A stretch of DNA of 64,000 nt from Clostridia bacterium (GTDB taxonomy: Bacteria > Bacillota > Clostridia > UBA1212 > DUPL01). The stretch spans positions 256,001-320,000 of the forward strand of contig JBMNIW010000003.1 of assembly GCA_050951325.1 (NCBI GenBank), in the 5' to 3' direction. Position numbers and translations under genes: made by a program. This document shows positions 1-8,601 of this stretch, in pieces; within the stretch, counting starts at the first letter, position 1, and each line of letters starts with the position of its first letter. Under the pieces are notes generated by a model. It was not told the DNA's origin and did not search any database. It worked only from the letters and a program-made list of their open reading frames with translations.

Positions 1-451
1 ATCCCAGAATCAGTGCATTGGGCCTGTTTTCTCCATTCAAACATCCAGATGCTTCCTGTATCTCAGGATCGTTCCACCTGGTTCCAAGCATAGCAGTTAA
101 ATGTCCACCAGCAGAAAAACCGCAAACAGCAATCTTGTCCGGATCAGTATGCCATTTTTCAGCATTCTCTCTGATTATCTTCATTGCTTTTGACAACTCG
201 ACAAGTGGTGCTGGATATCTCGCATGCTCGCCTACTGAGTATCTCAAGACAAAAGCGTTGAATCCGTTTGCAAGATAAGACAGGGCTATAGGTTCTGCTT
301 CCCTGTCAGATGTCATTTGATATCCTCCACCAGGACATACCAAAACACAAGGCCTTTTGGATGATAAAAGGATTTCATCCGACTTGTCCTGGATATAAGT
401 TGTTAGATGAACCCTTTTGTCGTTTGTTAGGTATATTTTTTCTACTAGCAT
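1..451 (-). CDS. alpha/beta hydrolase (esterase/lipase), 3' end runs off the window
   Basis: Manual minus-strand translation from ATG at 451: MLVEKIYLTN...CPGGGY...REAEPIAL...IAVCGFSAGGHL (GGGY oxyanion motif and GxSxG nucleophile). Confidence 0.85.
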   Translation of the reverse strand, partial: MLVEKIYLTNDKRVHLTTYIQDKSDEILLSSKRPCVLVCPGGGYQMTSDREAEPIALSYLANGFNAFVLRYSVGEHARYPAPLVELSKAMKIIRENAEKWHTDPDKIAVCGFSAGGHLTAMLGTRWNDPEIQEASGCLNGENRPNALILG

Positions 452-622
452 AATTTCCCCCATTAATTGTTATCATAAATAGTATATCACTTTGCTAAAA
501 ACTTCTCAACACAAACCAGTATTTAACATATTTGAAATCATTTTGTGTTTAAAAGCGAAACTAGTTGACATAATATATATGGTGTGCAAAAAATTTGCCT
601 CAAAAATTTTGCATTTTACCTA

Positions 623-651
623 TTGACAACCAGCATCAGGATATGTATAAT
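623..651 (+). promoter_or_regulatory. sigmaA promoter of the tRNA pair
   Basis: TTGACA-17 bp-TATAAT, perfect consensus about 33 bp upstream of tRNA-Gly. Confidence 0.8.
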
Positions 652-684
652 AAACAAGTCAACGTTGTTGACACATTAAAGAGT

Positions 685-758
685 GCGGGTGTAGTTCAAT
701 GGTAGAACATCAGCCTTCCAAGCTGATTGCGAGGGTTCGATTCCCTTCACCCGCTCCA
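685..758 (+). tRNA. tRNA-Gly (TCC)
   Basis: GCGGGTG acceptor stem, anticodon arm CAGC-CTTCCAA-GCTG, GTTCGA T-loop, encoded CCA. Confidence 0.97.
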
Positions 759-762
759 ATTT

Positions 763-839
<77 letters not shown>

Positions 840-841
840 CA

Positions 842-875
842 AAAAGACTGATTCCAATACAGAATCAGTTTTTTT
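842..875 (+). terminator. intrinsic terminator after tRNAs
   Basis: ACTGATTC-loop-GAATCAGT followed by T run. Confidence 0.8.
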
Positions 876-1072
876 ATTTTCTTTTTTATCTTAAATCTTT
901 GTATTCAGGCATTTTTTGCATTTATCAACTACACAGACAAAAGCAATCACGGCTAGAACACCTCTCCGAAGGCAAACATTTGCTCCTTGTCGTTTATTAT
1001 GCACCCAACTACCCTACTCTATTTGAAAACGTAAAAAGTTCATGGATATAAAATGTAAATTTGTGTAATATA

Positions 1073-1132
1073 ATCGATATGTTACCAAGAACTAGTTATG
1101 TGGAGACGGTTAGCCTGATGTCTAGAAAATAA
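1073..1132 (+). pseudogene. orphan 3' tail of rlmD/rumA (23S rRNA U1939 methyltransferase), att-site-like remnant
   Basis: Translates IDMLPRTSYVETVSLMSRK*, matching the RlmD C-terminal consensus VDMFPxTxHVETVxLMSR; no upstream gene body. Confidence 0.7.
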
Positions 1133-1270
1133 AGCTCGGAAAGCTTTTAAAATGCTAAGTTTCATAAAATGAAAGTAATTCTATCAACTCGACTTAAACC
1201 CTTGATATGCGTTCACGAAAACATATCGGGGTGATTTTTTGTAGTAAAAATATGCCTGAAATTAGGTAGA

Positions 1271-1330
1271 GTTGAGTTGACAGATTAGATAACGGGCGTT
1301 TATCTTAGGGTTGAGGAGACAGCAAAGATG
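1271..1330 (+). repeat. conserved block, copy 1 (direct repeat with 4838-4897)
   Basis: gttgagttgacagattagataacgggcgtttatcttagggttgaggagacagcaaagatg; 52/60 identical to copy 2 by manual alignment; partial third copy near 1426-1461. Confidence 0.85.
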
Positions 1331-1536
1331 AAAGATTCGGCCTAATACATATTTTAGAACTTTAAAAAAGCATATAAATATTAATGTAGATTGTATGCGA
1401 TTACATATTATGGTAAGATAAAAAAGACAGATTAGAAAATTACAGGATTGAGGAAATAGCACTAATATTTATAATAGCTAATAGCAGAATAAATGTTGCT
1501 TGGTTCAACAATCACTTGATATGGAGAAGTGTACAC

Positions 1537-1857
1537 ATGAGATTTTTTGATATATTCAAAAAGAAAGACAAAAAAGATACAGACATAGAGAATAGTTTAA
1601 ATGATTACTTTCATAAATTAGAAAAATATAAAAAGCTCAATAAAGGCGAAGTGGGCTCCATACCTGATGTGGATCTAAAAACAGCTGTCATGAGTTGGAT
1701 ACGGGGTAAGTTCAATGAAGATTGGACCAACCAATATGAAGTAATTGAATCTCTTCCAAAGCCTTGCCGTCATGTATATGCGTGTTGTACTGTCATCGAT
1801 GAAGTTAGTAATGGCGGCCTGAATCAGTTGTTTTTTAATTCAACAGGACAGTTTGCG
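1537..1857 (+). pseudogene. 5' part of a DMP19/DUF4375-family protein, truncated
   Basis: EVSNGGLNQLFFNSTG matches the DUF4375 EV.NGGF.Q+F.NS.G signature; recognisable sequence ends right after it. Confidence 0.6.
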
Positions 1858-2145
1858 CATGGAATACAAACTTTATTTCAATCCCACCGAGATATTGACA
1901 ATAATCGCTCCATCATCATTCTTGATTGGCAGTAATTATGAACTTATAGTAGACAAAGCATTGCAGATATCTATAGCTGGCATTTTTACGGAAGAACTCA
2001 AACGCCTGAAAATTGGTGTACTGCAACATATGTTTTAAGAGAAGATAATTATGTGACATACAATCTTAGTGGTCCTATGGCCAATTATATTGTACCTCAT
2101 AGAGAGTTTTACCTTGGGAAGAACAGTTTTCTAAGGCTTATTTAG
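1858..2145 (+). pseudogene. 3' fragment of a hypothetical gene, frameshifted near 1978
   Basis: EYKLYFNPTEILTII...QIS / SWHFYGRTQTPENWCTATY...FLRLI*, stop at 2143-2145. Confidence 0.45.
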
Positions 2146-2204
2146 ATTGAGAATAGCCAGCATCTATTGATATTATTACGACACTTTATGTGAGAGGTGG
2201 TACT

Positions 2205-3485
2205 ATGTTATTTAACTTTATTAAAAAATCTAATGCAGAGATAACCATAGTGAAAGAGATAGACCGCCATAACTCAGACTGGGGAGGAAAAGGGATAATT
2301 TTTTATGTGAAAAATGGCAAAGGTCTTTTATCTATGAAATATGGTTATTTAGATAATGATGCATTAGCTGCGTTAATTTTTGGAGATATTCCATTGATAA
2401 AATTTCATGAAAAAGGTTCATATTTCTGCCCAACTTGCGAAAAGCTTGTTGCAGCAGGTTATGGACTGAATATGAGCGATCAGCAAGTTATATCAGAATT
2501 ACATGATATATTGAATAAGAAATTTGTTTCGTTAGAGGAGTCAGTAGAAAATCTTAAACCTCTTCTGGGATTATTGCAAACAGGATATTATGCACTTGTT
2601 GATAGTGAATTATGTCCTACAGATGGAAATGGGAATTTCTTTTGGAAGCTAAATAATAAACCAGATTATAACAAAGCATCTTGTCCGATTTATGGAGGCG
2701 ATGGGAGATGGAGCGAAGTAGTTCCATATTATATTTTGCCTACACAACCACCAAGTCATTATGATCCTAAGCAGGCTGAGTTCTATAGTGGTATAGATGA
2801 CTATAGAGCAGTAGCGTATTATATGGGAGGATATCTGTGTGCATTGCTTGATGGACATCATAAGGCTGTAGCAGCTGCCATAGAAAAGAAAAAAGTAAAA
2901 ACGCTTGTTATAGTTCCTACCACATCCATATCCCTACCAAATGATAAGCAAAACTTCAAAGGTGGAATATTTATTAATGGAACTTTTATTAGCCAGGAAG
3001 AGTTGATTATACCTGTTTCAGAATTAATGACATCATTTAAATTTAATCAGCTTAAGAAAGAAGAAACAGAAAAATATCTGTCATTATATAATAGCGACTT
3101 TGACCTAAATTACGGTTGGCCTCAGGAAATATTGGAAACAGAAAAGAGTTTCCCGGATGCAATAACAGTTGCAAGACTGCAATGGGCAGGTGATATCTCA
3201 GACGAAAGATTGGATCGAATACTCTTAAATAAGGAATCTATATCTGATAAGGATGCTTTAAATATTACAGTTGCTTTATATTATACAAAAAACCCGCGAT
3301 TTAAAGAAATGGCCTTTTACTTCTGTAAGAATTATTCTTTTGCATCTGTTTGGTATGAGATATATGAATTACTTGCAAATGTTATAGATGAAGAAGTTGA
3401 AGATTTCTTTGTTGACTATCTTGTACATGACGAAAAGAGGTATCCAGAGATAAATAAAATAATCGACAATTATTTTTCATATTGA
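2205..3485 (+). CDS. hypothetical protein with CPTC motif and LLDGHHKA motif
   Basis: Long open frame, GAGGTGG RBS before ATG 2205. Confidence 0.85.
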   Translation: MLFNFIKKSNAEITIVKEIDRHNSDWGGKGIIFYVKNGKGLLSMKYGYLDNDALAALIFGDIPLIKFHEKGSYFCPTCEKLVAAGYGLNMSDQQVISELHDILNKKFVSLEESVENLKPLLGLLQTGYYALVDSELCPTDGNGNFFWKLNNKPDYNKASCPIYGGDGRWSEVVPYYILPTQPPSHYDPKQAEFYSGIDDYRAVAYYMGGYLCALLDGHHKAVAAAIEKKKVKTLVIVPTTSISLPNDKQNFKGGIFINGTFISQEELIIPVSELMTSFKFNQLKKEETEKYLSLYNSDFDLNYGWPQEILETEKSFPDAITVARLQWAGDISDERLDRILLNKESISDKDALNITVALYYTKNPRFKEMAFYFCKNYSFASVWYEIYELLANVIDEEVEDFFVDYLVHDEKRYPEINKIIDNYFSY

Positions 3486-3578
3486 TAATTATGCTCTTAT
3501 TTCGGTGTAACTATATATTGTAGAACTATAGTTACAGCGATGTATATGTCCACGCGAACGGCGGTTTTTTAAAAAGTT

Positions 3579-3760
3579 TCACATTATATCTGAAAGCGGC
3601 GTCTTGATCACGCGCTTGCTGAAATTGCCAGCGGAAGAAGAGCGATAGATGTGGTGCTTGAATACGGTTTTGATACCTATGCTGGGTTTTATAGGGCATT
3701 TGTAAAAATGTATGGTTGTTCTCCAAAAAAGTATCTAAGCATTTATCAAAACACATACCA
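3579..3760 (+). pseudogene. AraC-type HTH remnant (5' truncated), formerly fused to the downstream kinase
   Basis: KRRLDHALAEI...IDVVLEYGFDTYAGFYRAFVKMYGCSPKKY is an AraC second HTH; frame lost at CAAAAC near 3747. Confidence 0.75.
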
Positions 3761-3781
3761 ATTAAACCGGAGGTGGCAAAA

Positions 3782-4729
3782 TTGTATACTGAAAGAGAAT
3801 TACGAAAAGTTTTGGAGAATTGGGATATCGATAAAGATCTGCCAATTAGCGATATCTTTATCATGGATGGGGCAAAAGTATCGGGAAATGTCTGGACAGT
3901 TGGTAAAGAATATATCCTCAAAGCTGGCGACCGGGAAAAGATATTTAAAAACCTTAATATTTCTAAAGCACTTCATAAACAGGGTTTTACTTCTTCCCTT
4001 CCAATACCGACAAAAACCGGCTGTGAGTATTTGGAAAACAATGAAATTTTCATTCTGACCCAAGTATTAAAAGGTAATCCACTTCCCAAGTCCGATAGAT
4101 TTGGAGATAATTGCATGAAGTTTGGCGAAAAATACGGTAAAAGCATTGCACGACTTCATAAAGCTTTGAAGGCTATACAAAAAGACATTTTGCCTGATGA
4201 AGTGAACCTGTATAAAAATGTAACGGTATGGGCACTGCCGAATGTTAAACAACAGAAAATGCAGTGGGGTATGGAATTTGACGAGTACTTTTTTGACGAC
4301 TATATTAAAAACTTTGGTAAACTTTATGATAGACTGCCAAAACAGCTTATTCATGGTGACCCCAATCCCAGCAATATCCTGTTTGAAGATGATGAGATAA
4401 GTGGATTTATTGACTTTGACTTAAGTGAAGTAAATGTGCGCTTGTGGGATGTCTGCTACTGTGCAACCGGAATTTTGTCTGAAGCTAGCGACGAGGCTTA
4501 TGAAAAATGGTTAGATATACTCTGCGGTATTCTGCATGGTTATGACCTTGAGGGTAAACTGACTCAGGAAGAAAAACAGGCTGTGTTTTATATAATCTGC
4601 TCCATCCAGATGATTTGCATTGCATACTTTGAAAGCTATGATAAATTCAGAGAACTTGCAAATACAAATCGCAAAATGCTGCAGTTTATTATTCGAAATA
4701 AAGAACACTTTGATAATATTTTGAATTAG
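3782..4729 (+). CDS. aminoglycoside phosphotransferase / type II homoserine kinase-like protein
   Basis: HGDPNPSNIL and IDFD motifs; GGAGG at 3769-3773 before TTG 3782. Confidence 0.85.
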   Translation: MYTERELRKVLENWDIDKDLPISDIFIMDGAKVSGNVWTVGKEYILKAGDREKIFKNLNISKALHKQGFTSSLPIPTKTGCEYLENNEIFILTQVLKGNPLPKSDRFGDNCMKFGEKYGKSIARLHKALKAIQKDILPDEVNLYKNVTVWALPNVKQQKMQWGMEFDEYFFDDYIKNFGKLYDRLPKQLIHGDPNPSNILFEDDEISGFIDFDLSEVNVRLWDVCYCATGILSEASDEAYEKWLDILCGILHGYDLEGKLTQEEKQAVFYIICSIQMICIAYFESYDKFRELANTNRKMLQFIIRNKEHFDNILN

Positions 4730-4752
4730 CGCTCACGGTAGTGGGCGTTTTT
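4728..4752 (+). terminator. intrinsic terminator
   Basis: AGCGCTCAC-GGTA-GTGGGCGTT followed by T run. Confidence 0.7.
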
Positions 4753-4772
4753 CTAATATTATGTGGAGATAA

Positions 4773-4897
4773 ATTGACGTGTTCCCCTAAACGACTGTTT
4801 TTCATAAATCACCGAAAAACCCTTTGATAGTAATAGGGTTGAGTTGGCAGATTAGATAACAGGCTTTTTTCATAGGGTTAAGGAGACAGAATAGATG
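4773..4897 (+). repeat. second, internally deleted rlmD-tail unit including conserved block copy 2
   Basis: att gac gtg ttc ccc taa acg (IDVFP*T, like DMFPQT), then tttcataaa, aaaccctttgata and the 60-bp block at 4838-4897. Confidence 0.7.
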
Positions 4898-4972
4898 TAA
4901 AATTTATACCTGTAAAGCATATTTAATTATCAAAAGAATTGATTCAGTTAAAAAATGATTACTGAATGATAT

Positions 4973-5103
4973 TTAAATGAACTTTATGCTGGTCTTCCAA
5001 CTATTAGTGAAGAAGCATTGAAAAGTTTTTCAAAATCAAAAATTGATAATTGTTTGACTCCCAGGGAAAGGATATTTTAGAACTAATCGCCAATGGATTT
5101 TCC
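4973..5103 (+). pseudogene. fragment of a LuxR/NarL-type regulator
   Basis: LNELYAG...DNCLTPRE/(K)DILELIANGFS, start of a LuxR HTH, with one frameshift. Confidence 0.6.
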
Positions 5104-5498
5104 CAACTGCCGAACACGGTGCTGCTTTGTACATCGTTAATAATCGCATATTCCAGAACATCGGCAAGACCTTCGTCAGTTACATCAATTATAATGTTGT
5201 ACTTGAGTGCAAGGTTACCCTTGTTCTGAACAGCAAGATAAGCCACCTTTGTCTTGCCTGGCTCCCATAATCCATCATCGATTTCATTGAAAACATCTCC
5301 TTTTCCATTGGCTATGGAGACATATCCGTCCCCCTTATCCATCAGGAGGTCAATCTTCAAGTTTCCGGCGATAATTCTGTTAACACCGGATGTTGCTGAG
5401 TCGGTGAACCAAGCAAGTGTAGTGCCGATTAGTAATGAAACGCAAATCAGCAAGGAAACAAAGCTAAGCAGTAACGATTTTCTAGTTTTGTGTTCCAT
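5004..5498 (-). pseudogene. TasA/SipW-dependent signal peptide protein, C-terminally truncated
   Basis: LIGTTLAWFTDS...N.I.AGNLKIDL, WEPG, V.NKGNLALKY; last ~30 codons are the antisense of the LuxR fragment. Confidence 0.75.
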
Positions 5499-5743
5499 TT
5501 TTCAAACTCCTTTCTCATTAAAAATTAGGGATAGATACTCCCTTCCCAAATCTTTGTGCTTTAGAACATTATGAAATAATTCTTAACAAATTATAATCAC
5601 TATTTGTAATGATTCTTTAATGCGATGGAATAATACTTTAGTATGAAATTTAAAAACCTCACCCAAATTAAATAAAAAATCTACGGTTTACATATTGCTC
5701 ACAGATGGTATAATAGGGTAACCTAAAATAAAGGTGGTTGGAT

Positions 5744-7009
5744 ATGGAAAAGAAACTGACAAATAAAACGCTTCTTTTCATACTGCTGGCAGTTCCTGCT
5801 CTTTTTCTTTTGACAGGTTTGGTGCGTGCAGTAGTAAACAATAAAATGCCAGCTTTGGCAGAGGACCTTACACGTATTGTTTTATCGAGAGCAAATCTTT
5901 TCACTGACTTTATAGAACTCGGAGGAGTTGAAGCCGCCCTGCTAAATGTTGCAGTAGTAGCTTTGTTCAATCTACTTCTCATATACATATACAAACTGGA
6001 GATTAACGGATTTACCATCGCTGCATATTTTACAGTCATAGGATTTGCTTTCTTTGGAAAGAATCTCTACAACATCTTCTCCATTTATATAGGAGGACAC
6101 TTGTACGCCAAACTAAAAAGGATTCCTTTGAAAAATGTCATTATTCCCCTGATGTTTGCAACAGCTTTGGCACCTGTGATAAGTGAAATCAGCTTTGCAA
6201 GCATAATCCCCTCTCCCCTAAGTTCCATAGTAGCCCTTCTTGTAGGCATAATCATCGGCTTAATTATTATTCCTGTATCCTCACATATGCTTAGATTCCA
6301 CGACGGATACAACCTGTACAATATAGGTTTTACTGCAGGAATAATTGGCACATTACTTACAGCATTTCTAAGAAGCTTTGGCGCATCCGTGGAGCCGGTA
6401 AGCATTATCTCCGATTCAAATCATCCAATCATAATATGGCTTTTATTTACCATATTTACTTCAATGCTAGCTCTCGCTCTTTTAATTAACATCAAAGCGT
6501 TCAAGGAATACAAGAAAATACTTTCAAAGGGAGGAAGGCTCGTTACAGACTTTACAAACTCTGCCGGCTATGCTGCTACTTTTTTGAACATGTCGGTTAT
6601 GGGACTATTGAGCCTGGTTTATGTTCTTGCAATAGGCGGCGTTGTAAATGGTCCTGTTCTTGCTGGAATATTTACAATAGCAGGATTTTCCGCATTTGGA
6701 AAGCATCTTAAAAACTGCATCCCAGTCATGTCCGGAACAATTCTGTCCGCATTGATTTTTGGCTACGAGCTTTCAGAAACAGCCATTATTGTATCAGTCC
6801 TTTTTTCCACCACACTTGCACCAATTGCAGGCAAATTCGGTCTATTATGTGGCCTTCTTGCAGGAGTTACACACATGGCGGTCGTCACAAATGTGGGATT
6901 TATCCATGGTGGAGTGAATCTTTACAACAACGGTTTTTCCGGAGGAATTGTTGCAAGCGTTCTTGTGCCTATTATTGAGACTTTCAGAAAGGGTGACAAG
7001 GATGATTAA
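5744..7009 (+). CDS. DUF1576-type multi-pass membrane protein
   Basis: Duplicated TDF / GFAFFGKN / T.LAP / H.G.NLYN.GF motifs; highly hydrophobic. Confidence 0.8.
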   Translation: MEKKLTNKTLLFILLAVPALFLLTGLVRAVVNNKMPALAEDLTRIVLSRANLFTDFIELGGVEAALLNVAVVALFNLLLIYIYKLEINGFTIAAYFTVIGFAFFGKNLYNIFSIYIGGHLYAKLKRIPLKNVIIPLMFATALAPVISEISFASIIPSPLSSIVALLVGIIIGLIIIPVSSHMLRFHDGYNLYNIGFTAGIIGTLLTAFLRSFGASVEPVSIISDSNHPIIIWLLFTIFTSMLALALLINIKAFKEYKKILSKGGRLVTDFTNSAGYAATFLNMSVMGLLSLVYVLAIGGVVNGPVLAGIFTIAGFSAFGKHLKNCIPVMSGTILSALIFGYELSETAIIVSVLFSTTLAPIAGKFGLLCGLLAGVTHMAVVTNVGFIHGGVNLYNNGFSGGIVASVLVPIIETFRKGDKDD

Positions 7010-7346
7010 CGAGCCTAATAAGATCGCAATGATTTTAAGTGGAATTGTTTCGGTGCTCCTGGAGCGAGGACATGGAAATATCGACGTTAGTATTAAAAGA
7101 GATGATAAGAGCACTACCATAATTATAATTCAGCGTCAAGCCACATATACAGATACCTTTATAGAATGGTTAAAAAAAGGCCTTAAACCGAGACGCAAGG
7201 GTGTTGTAGAGGAATATTACTGGAGGCTTGCGGATATGAATTTTGAAAGCGATAATCTTAATCTTGTTGGTGCATTAATCGATGAGTCAGAGGTACAACT
7301 AAAGGACAATGTGTTGAGAATAAAAGTGGCGAGATATATAGGTTAA
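7002..7346 (+). CDS. hypothetical protein coupled to the DUF1576 gene
   Basis: ATG overlaps upstream gene end; VEEYYWRL...LNLVG motif. Confidence 0.7.
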   Translation: MINEPNKIAMILSGIVSVLLERGHGNIDVSIKRDDKSTTIIIIQRQATYTDTFIEWLKKGLKPRRKGVVEEYYWRLADMNFESDNLNLVGALIDESEVQLKDNVLRIKVARYIG

Positions 7347-7497
7347 AACCTCTATTTGGCACTGCAAGAATATTTGAATTTGCCATTCCCACTATTTTTG
7401 ATATAATTTATGCGGCCCAAAAGTTTATGTGCTGTGTTCATCATAAACATTTTGTTCCACATTACATTATATTGACGCTGTCACAAAGGTGGTTTTC

Positions 7498-8544
7498 ATG
7501 TCTAATTCAAGCACATATCAAAAATGGGCAGATGTTGTAAAAGGAATAGGAATTCTTACAGTAGTAATAGGTCACTTCGACGAAATGCCCATAAACCATT
7601 ATATCTACTGGTTCCATATGCCATTGTTTTTTATTATCAGTGGCTACTTTTTTAAACCGGTCGAAAACTGGGAGTAATTCCCGACATTATTAAAAAAATA
7701 TACACTCCGCTTATTAGTCCCCTATTTTTCCTTTCTAATATCAATAACCGCTATTAGGTATGCATTTCATATTTTGCAAAAAAGAATGACTCTGCAGTGG
7801 CTTTCTGAAGATATTGTACGCCTTCTTCTAGGGGGCAGATTTATTGGTGGTTTTTATGCTCCCATCTGGTTCGTTACAACTTTGTTCTTTACATATATTG
7901 CTTTTAATCTAATTGTATTACTTCTTAAAAGTGATGCCAACAGGCTGCTATTAATAGGAATACTATACATTGTTGCGCATATAGAATCATGGCTTAACCA
8001 AAGCCATAACATAATAGTGCCATTAAATCTTGATGTCACCTTGATATCACTCTCATATTTTGCCTTTGGTTACTATGCCAAGAGAATATTAAGTAAAATC
8101 TCCAAACCTGTTTTTTTAACAAGCAGCCTGATAACTATAGCTATTTATACAGGTATCTTTTTTGACAAATACAACTATACTTTTGGAATGAAGGGTCTTA
8201 ACTACCATCATATTTTGCTAGACTTTACTGTTCCAACAGCAATTTCTGTTACTTTTATAGGGTTGTCTCAAATGATTTCAAAATATAAAGCAACTGATAT
8301 ATTAGCATATTTGGGAAAAAACTCCTTGGCAATAATGTTCATACATATGTTGCCAACTGTTTTCCTGCAACCGATTTTAGGATATGGAGTAATCACCCAT
8401 ACAATAATAGGCATTGTAGTTCCATTGCTTGCGACTCACTTGATTTTAAATCGTTTCCGACTAACCAGGTTTCTATTCTTAGGCAAGAGGTCACCAGCTC
8501 CGTCCAAAGTAAATTTAGAAACTACTGAGGCGGCACAAGAATAA
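7498..8544 (+). pseudogene. acyltransferase family 3 (OafA-like) with one in-frame TAA at 7675-7677
   Basis: D..KGIGI..VV.GH and FHMPLFFIISG; reading through the stop gives ...RLLVPYF in the same frame as ORF 7774-8544. Confidence 0.85.
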
Positions 8545-8556
8545 AAGCAATATATA

Positions 8557-8596
8557 AAAGAAGACCGAAATTTTTAGTTGAATCGGTCTTCTTCTG
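8557..8596. terminator. bidirectional terminator
   Basis: AGAAGACCGA...TCGGTCTTCT between convergent genes. Confidence 0.7.
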
Positions 8597-8601
8597 TTAT
8601 T

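Noticed and set aside
950-1000. c-di-GMP riboswitch (GGCAAAC)
   Set aside because: The remaining conserved stems and motifs are missing.
1262-1462. 66-aa minus-strand ORF
   Set aside because: Overlaps the non-coding repeat block; no RBS or recognisable motif.
2125-2165. Further copy of the conserved island block
   Set aside because: Similarity is weak and the stretch is explained as the end of a coding fragment.
3651-4058. 135-aa ORF as a real protein
   Set aside because: Only the first ~32 aa are AraC; the rest is out-of-frame read-through over the kinase.
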